Below are positions 28,769 through 40,500 of a DNA stretch of 64,000 bases, one piece after another. This stretch comes from an uncultured Desulfobacterales bacterium. Lineage in GTDB: Bacteria; Desulfobacterota; Desulfobacteria; Desulfobacterales; C00003060. Numbering within the stretch: position 1 is the stretch's first letter; each line of letters begins with the position of its first letter. The notes under the pieces are model-generated. The model saw only the letters and a list, made by a program, of their open reading frames with translations, was not told the origin of the DNA and searched no databases. The DNA is taken from assembly GCA_964440795.1 (NCBI GenBank), contig CAYTTQ010000002.1, forward strand, positions 21,106 to 85,105, written 5' to 3'. The position numbers were made by a program, and so were the translations under genes.

Positions 28769-31282
28769 TTACCTTTCCTCGTTTCCGCCCGCCGGCTCCT
28801 TTTGGATCCGGGCCAACTGAATGGCCCGGTCAGTGAGGCCAAACACTTCCTCGAGAATCCGGGTAACCCGAAGTTGGGGGGTTCGGGATCCGTCAATCAC
28901 CATCTCCAATACCCCGGGGGAAGGAGACGACATCCGGTTAACCAAACGCTTCAGGTCTGCCGTGGAAACCCGCCCCTTCCGATTTACCTTTTGAACCGGC
29001 CAGGTCTCGGTTTGATCAAACGCCTGCAGTCTCTCCGCCGGAAACCCTTCGTCTCGAAGGGTGATTACGTACTTGTGAAGAGAAACAGCGCCCCGGGCAC
29101 GGGCGGCCCGGTCGCTCAAAGGCCGTATACGCAATCCCGACGGGAGGCACTCATTGAGTCGCCCCGTCAGTTCGTCGCCGTCCAGGTCTGCGAGCGTCTC
29201 AACGGACAAACACTCCTCCCGGCTCTCGATACCCACCGGCAAGGCGGTGTCAAAAGAGATCTTTGGAGACGGATGAAATCCCTGGGAATACTGCACGGGA
29301 ATGCGGGCGCGGCGGAATGCCCGTTCGATGATCCGAACCAGCTCGAGATGACCGAAGAACCGGGCCGGACCGGTCTTAGAGTAAAGAAGGACCCGCTTCC
29401 GGAAGACAGGCGAGGTAGGAGGGCGGGACCCTACCTCAACCGGCGTCGTTTCCGTTTGACGGTAAATGACCGGCATTACCTCCTTGAAATCACACACCCC
29501 GCACCCGTGGCACGTACCTGAGCGGCAATCCGATGTGGGGGTCAACGCCAGAGATTTTTCCCATTCGTCCCACAGAAAGGCCTTCGACACACCGGCGTCA
29601 ATGTGATCCCAGGGCAAGGGGGCCGTGGCCTCCCGGCTCCGCAAATAGGCCTGCGGATCGATGCCGGTGGCAGCCATGGCGTCCTGCCAGGCGGACAGGT
29701 TGAAATGATCACTCCAGCCGTCGAACCGGCAGTTGTTCCGATAGGCGCGGATCAATAACGGGGTCAACTTACGATCCCCTCTCGCCCACACCCCTTCCAG
29801 CAGGCTCATCTCCGGGTTCTGCCACTTGAAGCGGATACCCCGTTTCCGCAGGGCGGCTTTGAGGTGGGCGATTTTCTCCCGGCTTTCTTGCAGCGAGACC
29901 TGGGAACACCACTGGAATGGGGTGTGTGGCTTGGGGACGAAGGTGGAAACACTGACCGTAATTCCTTTCCATCCCTTTTTCGGCGGGCGCATGCGGGCGA
30001 GTCGGGCGGCCAGATCGATAATGGCGTCGATGTCCTCGGCGGTCTCGGTGGGCAAACCAATCATAAAATAGAGCTTGATTCCCTGCCAGCCCAACGCCAT
30101 GGCGTGGTCAACGGCAGTGAACAGGGATGCTTCATCCACGTCTTTGTTGATGACATCCCGTAGGCGCTGGCTGCCTGCCTCCGGGGCAAGAGTAAAGCCG
30201 GTTTTTCGAACCCGTTTGATTTGACGCATCAAGGGCGCATTCAAGCCACCCACGCGCAGGGACGGCAGCGACAGAGCGATCCGTTCCGGTTCACAGCGGT
30301 CCATGAGGCGATGAATGAGCCAGGGAAGGCTGGCATAGTCCCCGGTACTCAAAGACAGAAGGGACAGGTCTTCGTAACCCGATCCCGCCAAGGCCCGGTC
30401 GGTCGAAGCGAGCAATCCTTCCGGGTGCCGTTCCCGCACGGGACGATAGATCATGCCGGCCTGGCAAAACCGACACCCCCGTGTACACCCGCGGCAGACC
30501 TCGATGCTCAGGCGGTCGTGAACGGGGTTACCGAAAGGAACGATCGGCCGGTACGGCGGGGGCACGGTGTCGATGTCCGATAGCAAAGCCTTTTTTACAC
30601 CGGTATATCCCGCCTTCCGAGGGACCACCCCTTGATTGCCTGCGGCGTCCCATCGGGGGCGAAAAAAGGAGGGAATGTAGACCCCTGGAAGGCGCGCCCA
30701 TTGGTCGAACAACGCCCCACGGTCACCGTCCCGTTCTCGCCAGGCCAACCAGACATCGGCCAGCCGCAAAACGAGATTCTCGCCGTCTCCCACCACCATG
30801 GCGTCAAAAATATCGGCCATCGGTTCCGGATTGAAGGTACAGGGGCCGCCGGCGATCACAAGGGGGTGGGATTCGTCCCGGTCCTTATTCAAAAATGGGA
30901 TACCGGACAGTTCCAGCATGGCTAGAATATTGGTATAACTGAGTTCGTACAGGAGGCTGAATCCGACGATGGAAAACGCCCCGACCGGTGTTCCCGTTTC
31001 CAGGGACCGCAACGGATCACCCCGCTCCCGCAGCAGGGACGCCATGTCCAGCGCCGGGGCAAAGACCCGCTCCGCGCCGATATCCGGTCGTTCATTCAGG
31101 ATTTGATAGAGAATCTGGAGGCCCTGATATGACATGCCGATTTCATACAGGTCGGGAAAGGCCAGAAGCATCCGGAGGGCAACGGAACCGGGGTCTTTCC
31201 GGCGGGCATTGATCTCACACCCCAGGTACTGGCTGGGCTGACGGACCAAGGGCAAGGTGATGTCATGGTGGTCGTATGTCAT
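28769..31282 (-). CDS. Radical SAM protein, fusion of a B12-binding-type radical SAM module with a DUF2344-like C-terminal module
   Basis: 837 aa. N-terminus ...LVRQPSQYLGCEIN, CRGCTRGCRFCQAG cluster motif. My assignment to the TIGR03960 + TIGR03936 families is from memory. Confidence 0.8.
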   Translation of the reverse strand: MTYDHHDITLPLVRQPSQYLGCEINARRKDPGSVALRMLLAFPDLYEIGMSYQGLQILYQILNERPDIGAERVFAPALDMASLLRERGDPLRSLETGTPVGAFSIVGFSLLYELSYTNILAMLELSGIPFLNKDRDESHPLVIAGGPCTFNPEPMADIFDAMVVGDGENLVLRLADVWLAWRERDGDRGALFDQWARLPGVYIPSFFRPRWDAAGNQGVVPRKAGYTGVKKALLSDIDTVPPPYRPIVPFGNPVHDRLSIEVCRGCTRGCRFCQAGMIYRPVRERHPEGLLASTDRALAGSGYEDLSLLSLSTGDYASLPWLIHRLMDRCEPERIALSLPSLRVGGLNAPLMRQIKRVRKTGFTLAPEAGSQRLRDVINKDVDEASLFTAVDHAMALGWQGIKLYFMIGLPTETAEDIDAIIDLAARLARMRPPKKGWKGITVSVSTFVPKPHTPFQWCSQVSLQESREKIAHLKAALRKRGIRFKWQNPEMSLLEGVWARGDRKLTPLLIRAYRNNCRFDGWSDHFNLSAWQDAMAATGIDPQAYLRSREATAPLPWDHIDAGVSKAFLWDEWEKSLALTPTSDCRSGTCHGCGVCDFKEVMPVIYRQTETTPVEVGSRPPTSPVFRKRVLLYSKTGPARFFGHLELVRIIERAFRRARIPVQYSQGFHPSPKISFDTALPVGIESREECLSVETLADLDGDELTGRLNECLPSGLRIRPLSDRAARARGAVSLHKYVITLRDEGFPAERLQAFDQTETWPVQKVNRKGRVSTADLKRLVNRMSSPSPGVLEMVIDGSRTPQLRVTRILEEVFGLTDRAIQLARIQKEPAGGNEER

Positions 31283-31324
31283 AGGTTCTCTATCTTAAAA
31301 CCCCTGTCGGGACGGCAGGTTCCA

Positions 31325-31352
31325 GGAAAATGTTCCACGTGGAACATTTTCC
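31325..31352. other. parS site 1 (core TGTTCCACGTGGAACA at 31331-31346) inside a 28-bp perfect palindrome
   Basis: GGAAAATGTTCCACGTGGAACATTTTCC is its own reverse complement. The core is 15/16 identical to the classical parS TGTTCCACGTGAAACA. Confidence 0.75.
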
Positions 31353-31366
31353 GTGTCGTCCATTTT

Positions 31367-31400
31367 GTTTCGAAATGTTCCACGTGGAACATTTCGAAAC
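31367..31400. other. parS site 2 (core TGTTCCACGTGGAACA at 31376-31391) inside a 34-bp perfect palindrome
   Basis: GTTTCGAAATGTTCCACGTGGAACATTTCGAAAC is its own reverse complement. Centre-to-centre distance to site 1 is 45 bp. Confidence 0.75.
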
Positions 31401-31420
31401 CCTTTCTCCCCGTCTTACCA

Positions 31421-32116
31421 TCAATCCTTCCGGTACACGATTAGGCACCGCTCTATCCCCGAAACGGGGAGCCGATAGCGATGACGTATGACCTCGAAAC
31501 CCGCCTTTCCCGCCTGTTCGTCCCCCCGCGTTTCTTCTCCACTCCCCATCAGTACTAACCATCCCCCGGCCTTCACCAGGGGAGCACACCATGGCACCAC
31601 CTGTTCCGGGTTTCCCACCGCCTTGACAACGACACCGTTCCACTCTCGCCACGCTTCTTCCCGTCCCTCCACGAGGGCCTCCGCCCGGCCCTGCCTTACC
31701 ACCATGTCCTTTAACCCCAGGGCCCTCACCAGATGTTTCAAGAACGTGATCTTTTTCCGAACCCCGTCGATGAGACAAACCTTCAGGTCCGGCCGCAACA
31801 CCTTTAAGGGCACCCCAGGAAAGCCACCGCCGGAACCGACGTCCAATATCCGCCATCCCTGAGGCAGCATACCGGCAAGGGGTATGGTGTCCAGGAATTG
31901 TCTCTCCGCCAACACACCCGACCGCTTAACCGCCGTCAGGTTCACCGCCGAATTCCAAGCCCACAACTCCCGGCCGTGCCGGACGAATTGCTCCACCTGA
32001 GCGGCCGTCAACGGATGCCCCATCGTTCGCGCACCCTCTTCCACTATCCGCGAAAATTCATCCCACACGCGTTTCTCTTTCAATCCCGCCTCAACTCCAC
32101 CAGCAGCGCCCCCCAT
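31421..32116 (-). CDS. rsmG: 16S rRNA (guanine527-N7)-methyltransferase RsmG (GidB)
   Basis: ...NLTAVKRSGVLAERQFLDTI...ILDVGSGGGFPGVPLKV... SAM-binding motif. The start is uncertain: ATG 32116, or TTG 32083 overlapping the Smr stop. The track ORF extends to 32254. Confidence 0.8.
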   Translation of the reverse strand: MGGAAGGVEAGLKEKRVWDEFSRIVEEGARTMGHPLTAAQVEQFVRHGRELWAWNSAVNLTAVKRSGVLAERQFLDTIPLAGMLPQGWRILDVGSGGGFPGVPLKVLRPDLKVCLIDGVRKKITFLKHLVRALGLKDMVVRQGRAEALVEGREEAWREWNGVVVKAVGNPEQVVPWCAPLVKAGGWLVLMGSGEETRGDEQAGKAGFEVIRHRYRLPVSGIERCLIVYRKD

Positions 32117-32349
32117 CCGCCCGCCTCGGGCGGTGCCGGTGACACCGACACAACCAACGGATTCTTTTCTAACACCGCTTCCACCCGCCGTCTCAATATG
32201 CCTCGCCCCTTTCCGTGGATCACTCGCACCGAAAAGATTTCCTCTTCCACACACGCAGCCAGATAGGCCTCCAGAAGATCCGGGATCTCCTTGGGCAAAA
32301 ATGTGTGCAGATCCAACACATCCTCAATGGGAACTCTAACGACCATCAC
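32080..32349 (-). CDS. Smr domain protein
   Basis: 89 aa: LDLHTF...VRVIHGKGRGILRRRVEAVLEKNPLV. The start overlaps the upstream regulator's stop (ATGA). Confidence 0.8.
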   Translation of the reverse strand: MMVVRVPIEDVLDLHTFLPKEIPDLLEAYLAACVEEEIFSVRVIHGKGRGILRRRVEAVLEKNPLVVSVSPAPPEAGGWGALLVELRRD

Positions 32350-33722
32350 ATCCCTCCCGCTTTGCCTATCCCGTATTTCTTCATCTTTTTGTACAAGGTA
32401 TCCCTCGAAATCCCCAACAGGCGCGACGCCCGGGCCTTATTCCCCCCCGTCTCTCTCAAGGCCTCCCGAATATGGCCCGCCTCCACCTCCGCAATGGGAC
32501 GAACCCCCGGGGCCGCCCGCGTCGTCGGTGCTTGCCCCAACTCTTCCGTCACCGCCTTTAAATCCTTCGACGTAATCCTTTCCCCCTTCACCAGCGCCGA
32601 CACCGCTAAGAGTAGATTCCTCAACTCCCGAATGTTCCCCGGCCAGTCGTATGCCTCCAGGATCTCCCGCGCACTCTTCGAAATCCCTGGAACCCGCCAC
32701 CCATATGTCTGGGAAAATTGCTCCAGGAAGTGATCCATAAGCACCGGAATCTCTTCCTTTCTTTCCCGCAACGGGGGCAACTCCAACCGGATACAGGCCA
32801 AGCGCTCATAGAAGTCCTTTCGGAATACCGATCGCCGGATCATACCTTTTAAGTCTTGGTTGGTCGCCGCAATCAGCCGAACATCAACCCGGCGCGTCTT
32901 CGTGTCCCCGAGCCGCGTAATTTCCTGGTCTTCGATGAACCTTAGCAACTTGGGCTGTGATTCCAAAGACATATCCCCCACCTCATCCAGAAAACAGGTA
33001 CCCCCTTCCGCCATTTCCAGTTTTCCCGCTTTGTCGACGGCATTGTTGAACGCCCCTTTCACGCACCCAAAGAGTTCACTTTCAAAAAGCCCTCCCGGAA
33101 TGGATGAACAATTGATGGCCACCATCCGACCCGTCCGGCCCGAATATGCATGTAACGTCCGTGCAACGTGTTCCTTTCCGGTACCCGCCTCCCCCAGTAT
33201 CAATATGGGCACGGCAATTCGAGCCACCGTTTCCACGTCCCGATACAATCCGGTCATCTTCTCGCTCACCACGACCACACCGTCTTCGCGCAATCGGGCC
33301 TTCAACCGGGATGACGCGTCATCTTCCACACCCGACGGAGCCAGGGTATCCACACCTTCCTCCCATCCCCCGTCAGTCCGTGAGCCCCCTTTTTGCCGGC
33401 GGTGGGAAACGTCTGCCACCGCACCCTCGTCTACAAAGGTAATCTCATAATCGACAATTTCAAACTTCGTTCCGTGTACCAGGAGACACGAATCGATCCG
33501 CCTCCCCTCGACCCACGTACCGTTTTTACTCCGGTCGCGCAGGACATAGCCCTCCCTTTCCTTGCAAATATCCGCATGCCGCCGCGAGACCAACAAGTCA
33601 TCCCGGTCACTCAACACGACATCATTGGTTTCCGCTCGACCCACGGTTATCCGATCGGTAAAGCGAAACACCCGGTAGTCCTTAACCTCCTTACCCACCA
33701 CCAGATAGGCCATCTCCGCCAC
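32346..33722 (-). CDS. Sigma-54-dependent transcriptional activator with N-terminal FHA domain
   Basis: FHA: ITVGRAETNDVVLSDRDDLLVSRRHADI...RDRSKNGTWVEGRRI. AAA+: GEAGTGKE, ESELFGCVKGAFNNA. C-terminal Fis-type HTH: ...ASRLLGISRDTLYKKMKKYGI. Confidence 0.9.
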   Translation of the reverse strand: MAEMAYLVVGKEVKDYRVFRFTDRITVGRAETNDVVLSDRDDLLVSRRHADICKEREGYVLRDRSKNGTWVEGRRIDSCLLVHGTKFEIVDYEITFVDEGAVADVSHRRQKGGSRTDGGWEEGVDTLAPSGVEDDASSRLKARLREDGVVVVSEKMTGLYRDVETVARIAVPILILGEAGTGKEHVARTLHAYSGRTGRMVAINCSSIPGGLFESELFGCVKGAFNNAVDKAGKLEMAEGGTCFLDEVGDMSLESQPKLLRFIEDQEITRLGDTKTRRVDVRLIAATNQDLKGMIRRSVFRKDFYERLACIRLELPPLRERKEEIPVLMDHFLEQFSQTYGWRVPGISKSAREILEAYDWPGNIRELRNLLLAVSALVKGERITSKDLKAVTEELGQAPTTRAAPGVRPIAEVEAGHIREALRETGGNKARASRLLGISRDTLYKKMKKYGIGKAGGM

Positions 33723-33975
33723 CCCTATGATTCATCCAACTTCCACCACACCGAGCACTCGCATTCCTTTTCATTTCAACACTTTGCAACAGCCATTCCC
33801 GGCAGCCCACAATTCTTCTTGACTAACCCCCTGATTTGCTGATATTTTATTATCGAGTGTCATTCCCTTCAATGCATGGGGTTCTAATCGGATCGTATGC
33901 GGGCCGGCTACATTGACCTAAGGCCATCTATCCGGCCGAACGCACGACAAGACTTTCAAACCATCAAAGCGCACC

Positions 33976-33991
33976 AGGCGTGCACTTCGCT
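33976..33991 (+). promoter_or_regulatory. Weak sigma-54-like element (GG-N10-GC) upstream of the PilZ gene
   Basis: aGGcgtgcacttcGCt has correct GG/GC spacing but a poor match to the flanking consensus. Lies about 35 nt upstream of ATG 34025. Confidence 0.25.
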
Positions 33992-34024
33992 GTCCCGATC
34001 TCCGTTACGGAAGAAACCGTCTCT

Positions 34025-34345
34025 ATGACCGAGTTTTCCGAAAAGCGAGCCGAACCACGCACACAACTGGAGAAATATCACAGTGTCGAATTTCGGGTAT
34101 CTGAACAGGGGGCACTCTACCAATTCAAGATCTGGAATACCTCTTCAAAAGGGCTCTGCCTGTTAGTCAGGGAAGATTCCGAGATTCTAACGGACCTTGA
34201 GGTGGGAACCGTTTTGGACATGAAGTATTACACGACTGATTTTTCTCAACCTCCCGAAAAACTCAAGACAGAAATCAAACATATCACAAAAGAACCGGAA
34301 GGCCGCTTCCAGGGCCATTTTTTCGTGGGCCTTCGCGTCGTCTAA
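34025..34345 (+). CDS. PilZ domain protein (c-di-GMP receptor family)
   Basis: RAEPR (RxxxR) followed by NTSSKG (D/NxSxxG), the two PilZ signature motifs. Start taken at ATG 34025. Confidence 0.8.
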   Translation: MTEFSEKRAEPRTQLEKYHSVEFRVSEQGALYQFKIWNTSSKGLCLLVREDSEILTDLEVGTVLDMKYYTTDFSQPPEKLKTEIKHITKEPEGRFQGHFFVGLRVV

Positions 34346-34408
34346 TGCTCCATCCAACGCCGCAAACCGATTGCCACGGAAAACCTCCCGTTTAGCCCAC
34401 CACGCTGT

Positions 34409-34747
34409 CTAGCCGTCTTCCGGTTCGATCCAAACCATGTGCGCCTTATTGACGATCAAGACCTTTCCCGTGCCTCCCGAGTACGCGGCGTCGAACAACA
34501 CCAAAAAGTGCTCCTCATTTTTGGTGAACAGGTCCGATACCCTGTCGCGAGCCCCCAGGTTGACACTCCCCTGTAATACGCTCCCGTCTACGGTTCGAAT
34601 GGTCACTTGACGGACCTTCATTTTTCCGCTGTCTTTCTTTTCCGACTCCATGCACCTTACCTCCCCGAGAGTTTTTACCGCCACCAAAACAAACAGCCCA
34701 ACCAAAGCGGCGCGCCCAAAATCCAGTTTGGTAAAGCTGAGGGGCAT
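34409..34747 (-). CDS. Hypothetical protein with N-terminal hydrophobic segment
   Basis: MPLSFTKLDFGRAALVGLFVLVAV... then MKVRQVTIRTVDGSVLQGSVNLGARDRVSDLF...VLIVNKAHMVWIEP. The start at ATG 34747 lies inside the tRNA-like fragment. The track ORF's upstream extension is probably not real. Confidence 0.5.
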   Translation of the reverse strand: MPLSFTKLDFGRAALVGLFVLVAVKTLGEVRCMESEKKDSGKMKVRQVTIRTVDGSVLQGSVNLGARDRVSDLFTKNEEHFLVLFDAAYSGGTGKVLIVNKAHMVWIEPEDG

Positions 34748-34773
34748 CAAACCCCTGACCTCATGACTGCCAG
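34735..34773 (-). other. Duplicated 3' half of tRNA-Ala (att-like fragment)
   Basis: agctgaggggCatcAaacccctgacctcatgactgccag matches 35195-35233 of the intact tRNA gene at 37/39 positions. It covers the anticodon loop to the 3' acceptor strand. Confidence 0.75.
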
Positions 34774-34844
34774 GAGCGACATCTCCCTGCCAACCCCCTG
34801 ATATCTTTTGGCTATCCGAACCAACTAAACCTGCTCGCAGAAAT

Positions 34845-34873
34845 AATATAACCAAACATCCTCAAAAAATCAA
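34845..34873 (-). promoter_or_regulatory. Candidate sigma-70 promoter for the 34409-34747 gene
   Basis: Minus strand reads TTGATT, 17-nt spacer, TATATT. Confidence 0.35.
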
Positions 34874-34967
34874 TTACTGTCACTTTTTCACAAATAGAAG
34901 GACGCAATCAAGGTCCTAATTTGTAACTTCAGACGCAGTTGTGACGCTCAAATGTTTATCGAAGCAC

Positions 34968-34997
34968 ATTGTTATGATATGAATTGTTATGATATGA
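34968..34997. repeat. Perfect tandem duplication of a 15-mer (ATTGTTATGATATGA x2)
   Basis: 34968-34982 and 34983-34997 are identical. Lies in the non-coding stretch between the tRNA fragment and the tRNA. Confidence 0.9.
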
Positions 34998-35143
34998 CCT
35001 GATCGCATCTCTTCGCTCGGACATTAAGACCACACTGGCTTATAGGACAAGATCTCGCAATCACCAAACACAACTTCAAAAAAAGCGGGTGGACCAATGA
35101 GACACGAAGCAAGCACCCACCTGCTCCCAGTGGCGCCGATGAC

Positions 35144-35180
35144 ACAAAAAAAGAGGTTGCCGAAAATGGCTAACCTCTTG
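35144..35180 (-). terminator. Rho-independent terminator downstream of tRNA-Ala
   Basis: Minus strand: AAGAGGTTAGCCATTTTCGGCAACCTCTT (8-bp outer stem plus GCC/GGC) followed by TTTTTTT. Confidence 0.6.
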
Positions 35181-35188
35181 TTATTACT

Positions 35189-35264
35189 TGGTGGAGCTGA
35201 GGGGGATCGAACCCCTGACCTCATGACTGCCAGTCATGCGCTCTCCCAGCTGAGCTACAGCCCC
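35189..35264 (-). tRNA. tRNA-Ala (anticodon GGC), CCA encoded
   Basis: Reverse complement GGGGCTGTAGCTCAGCTGGGAGAGCGCATGACTGGCAGTCATGAGGTCAGGGGTTCGATCCCCCTCAGCTCCACCA folds as a cloverleaf. It has the G3:U70 Ala identity pair and anticodon loop CTGGCAG. Confidence 0.95.
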
Positions 35265-35301
35265 GTGTTGCCATTTTATTATACCAACCCCGGGTCTGCT
35301 G

Positions 35302-35706
35302 TCAATCAGCTTTTTTTTCAACGATTTCTGTCAAAACCCCTTGCGTTTCCTTGGGATGCAGGAAAGCGACTTTTTTGCCGCCGGCGCCGACCCGCGGTGT
35401 GCTATCCACCAAGCGAACACCGTTTTTATTGAGTTCTTCTAAGGCTTCATCAACATTTCCCACCTCATACGCAATATGGTGCACCCCTTCCCCGCGCTTG
35501 GAAAGATACTTGCCGATAACCCCGTCCTCCGTCGTCGGTTGAATCAATTCCAGGTTTACTTCGCCCACCGGCACAAAGGCAATCCGCATATCGCCGACCG
35601 TTTCTTCGGCTCCCACCGAGACCCCCAACTTCTGTTCATAAAACGCCTTGGCTGCACCCAAGTCCTTAACTGCGATTCCTATATGATCGATCTGTTTTAA
35701 TTTCAC
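35302..35706 (-). CDS. Methylmalonyl-CoA epimerase (VOC/glyoxalase family)
   Basis: VKLKQIDHIGIAVKDL...VHHIAYEV...GGKKVAFLHPK. GTG start at 35706 with AGGGAGG upstream. The track ORF is longer. Confidence 0.8.
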   Translation of the reverse strand: MKLKQIDHIGIAVKDLGAAKAFYEQKLGVSVGAEETVGDMRIAFVPVGEVNLELIQPTTEDGVIGKYLSKRGEGVHHIAYEVGNVDEALEELNKNGVRLVDSTPRVGAGGKKVAFLHPKETQGVLTEIVEKKAD

Positions 35707-35850
35707 CCCAACCTCCCTTGTCCCCTTCGGCCAACGCCTATAACTTTGACTTCTTTTCCCTTTCTTGACAACTCCCGGACCACGCACTATATATTAAACA
35801 TTGTTTGAATAACCGGCCATTCGGTATTCTTTTTACGAAAGAGACCCAAC

Positions 35851-36105
35851 ATGCAAAACCCGTTTCACAATTATTACCAAAGTCCTCAGGAAGAATCCCC
35901 CAGCCGTGCGGACATGTTCAAAGAACTTGACGCCACGGAGCTTTACTGTCCGACCTGCCGCTGTGCCACACCGGTGCGTAAGCGATTATTGCTGGTGCTC
36001 CCCGAAGGCGACAAATATGAGTATCTGTGCAGTTATTGCATGACCTCCGTGGGAGCCAAAGTAGTCCGAAAGAATGCGCCCTCCGAAAACAGACTCGTTA
36101 TCTAG
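35851..36105 (+). CDS. Hypothetical small zinc-ribbon protein
   Basis: 84 aa with CPTC...CSYC spaced like a zinc ribbon. No family recognised. Confidence 0.5.
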   Translation: MQNPFHNYYQSPQEESPSRADMFKELDATELYCPTCRCATPVRKRLLLVLPEGDKYEYLCSYCMTSVGAKVVRKNAPSENRLVI

Positions 36106-36146
36106 TTGCCATCCATTTCCCACACCTTTTTCCTAAAAGTGTCTGT

Positions 36147-36845
36147 TCACGGCTCTTCCCGCATCGTTCGCAGTTGCGCCAGCTCCCACACGTAATCATA
36201 TAGATGCAGCCCCTTGCTGGCGGCGATGATTTCCCCATCTCCCACCCCGATCTCGTCACTCATATATTCTTTCAACAACTGAAGACCGCCCAAGTTGGCG
36301 GGAAACCCGTTCCATAAGTCCCAAGATCGAAAATAGACCATAAAATGCAGTCGGTCGTGGCTGATCCGGGTATCGATATGGCGCAGACACGGCGGATCGT
36401 TCAACAAGATGTCCGATGGGACGGATACCGTCATTGCCGCTTGATTGGTGCCGTACCCCTTGCTCTTGTACATATCGATCACGGCCTCAATCTGATTGAC
36501 GATTTCCGAGGCGCCCTCGTTTTCGTACCGCCACCCGGTTAAACGCTCGCCATACGTATAGTCTTCGTTGGGGTGTTTGTTCGGAGTCATGAGATAGGGC
36601 AAATAGGTTTCCACATATCCCTCTTCCACCGGATTGGGAATCCCGAGGGACGCGGGAATGTCGGGGATCATGGGCCTCACACCCGGATACTTCACCCGAA
36701 CCGTTACGTAATCGAACTCCAGTCGCTTCTGTCCCACACAACTGCCATGGTCGATCACATACTCCCGACCGGTGTCCTGCAACTCATATACACATTGAAA
36801 CCAAGCATCCGGCAAGTCCCGCGCCTCTACAGTGACCAATCTCAT
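36147..36845 (-). CDS. Divergent thymidylate synthase (ThyA-fold) protein, short archaeal-like type
   Basis: 232 aa. NQIEAVI..., DPPCLRHIDTRI (catalytic-type Cys), YFRSWDLWNGFPANL, GLHLYDY follow the ThyA fold pattern but diverge from canonical bacterial ThyA. Confidence 0.6.
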   Translation of the reverse strand: MRLVTVEARDLPDAWFQCVYELQDTGREYVIDHGSCVGQKRLEFDYVTVRVKYPGVRPMIPDIPASLGIPNPVEEGYVETYLPYLMTPNKHPNEDYTYGERLTGWRYENEGASEIVNQIEAVIDMYKSKGYGTNQAAMTVSVPSDILLNDPPCLRHIDTRISHDRLHFMVYFRSWDLWNGFPANLGGLQLLKEYMSDEIGVGDGEIIAASKGLHLYDYVWELAQLRTMREEP

Positions 36846-36863
36846 CTACCTTCGTTGCACTCC

Positions 36864-40371
<3,508 letters not shown>

Positions 40372-40500
40372 ATTAAGCTCCCTTTTATTTTATTATATTA
40401 GTAATAAAAACCATCATCATAAGGCCTATCAGTATTGTAAAAAAGGGCTATAATATACGCATATAATTAATTTATTCTATCAAATTCATGTTAAAAAAAA
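40372..40500. other. Strongly AT-rich intergenic block upstream of dnaN (promoter region, possible unwinding element)
   Basis: Hand count of 40381-40500 gives 25 G+C out of 120 (21%), against about 55% in the flanking genes. Confidence 0.6.

Noticed and set aside
31290-31856. 188-aa ORF spanning the parS palindromes and overlapping rsmG.
   Set aside because: It is out of frame with and antisense-independent of the well-supported rsmG. The repeated KCSTWNI peptide is just the translation of the two palindromes. The composition is Gly/Arg-rich with no motifs.
34730-34773. The tRNA-like fragment considered as part of a tmRNA gene (tmRNA has a tRNA-Ala-like domain).
   Set aside because: The fragment includes anticodon-stem/loop sequence identical to the neighbouring tRNA-Ala, which tmRNA lacks. 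No tag-peptide reading frame or matching 5' acceptor strand is nearby.
35024-35432. Track ORFs 35024-35224 (-) and 35097-35432 (+) overlapping tRNA-Ala.
   Set aside because: They run through a canonical tRNA gene, its terminator and the epimerase gene on the other strand. There is no coding signal.
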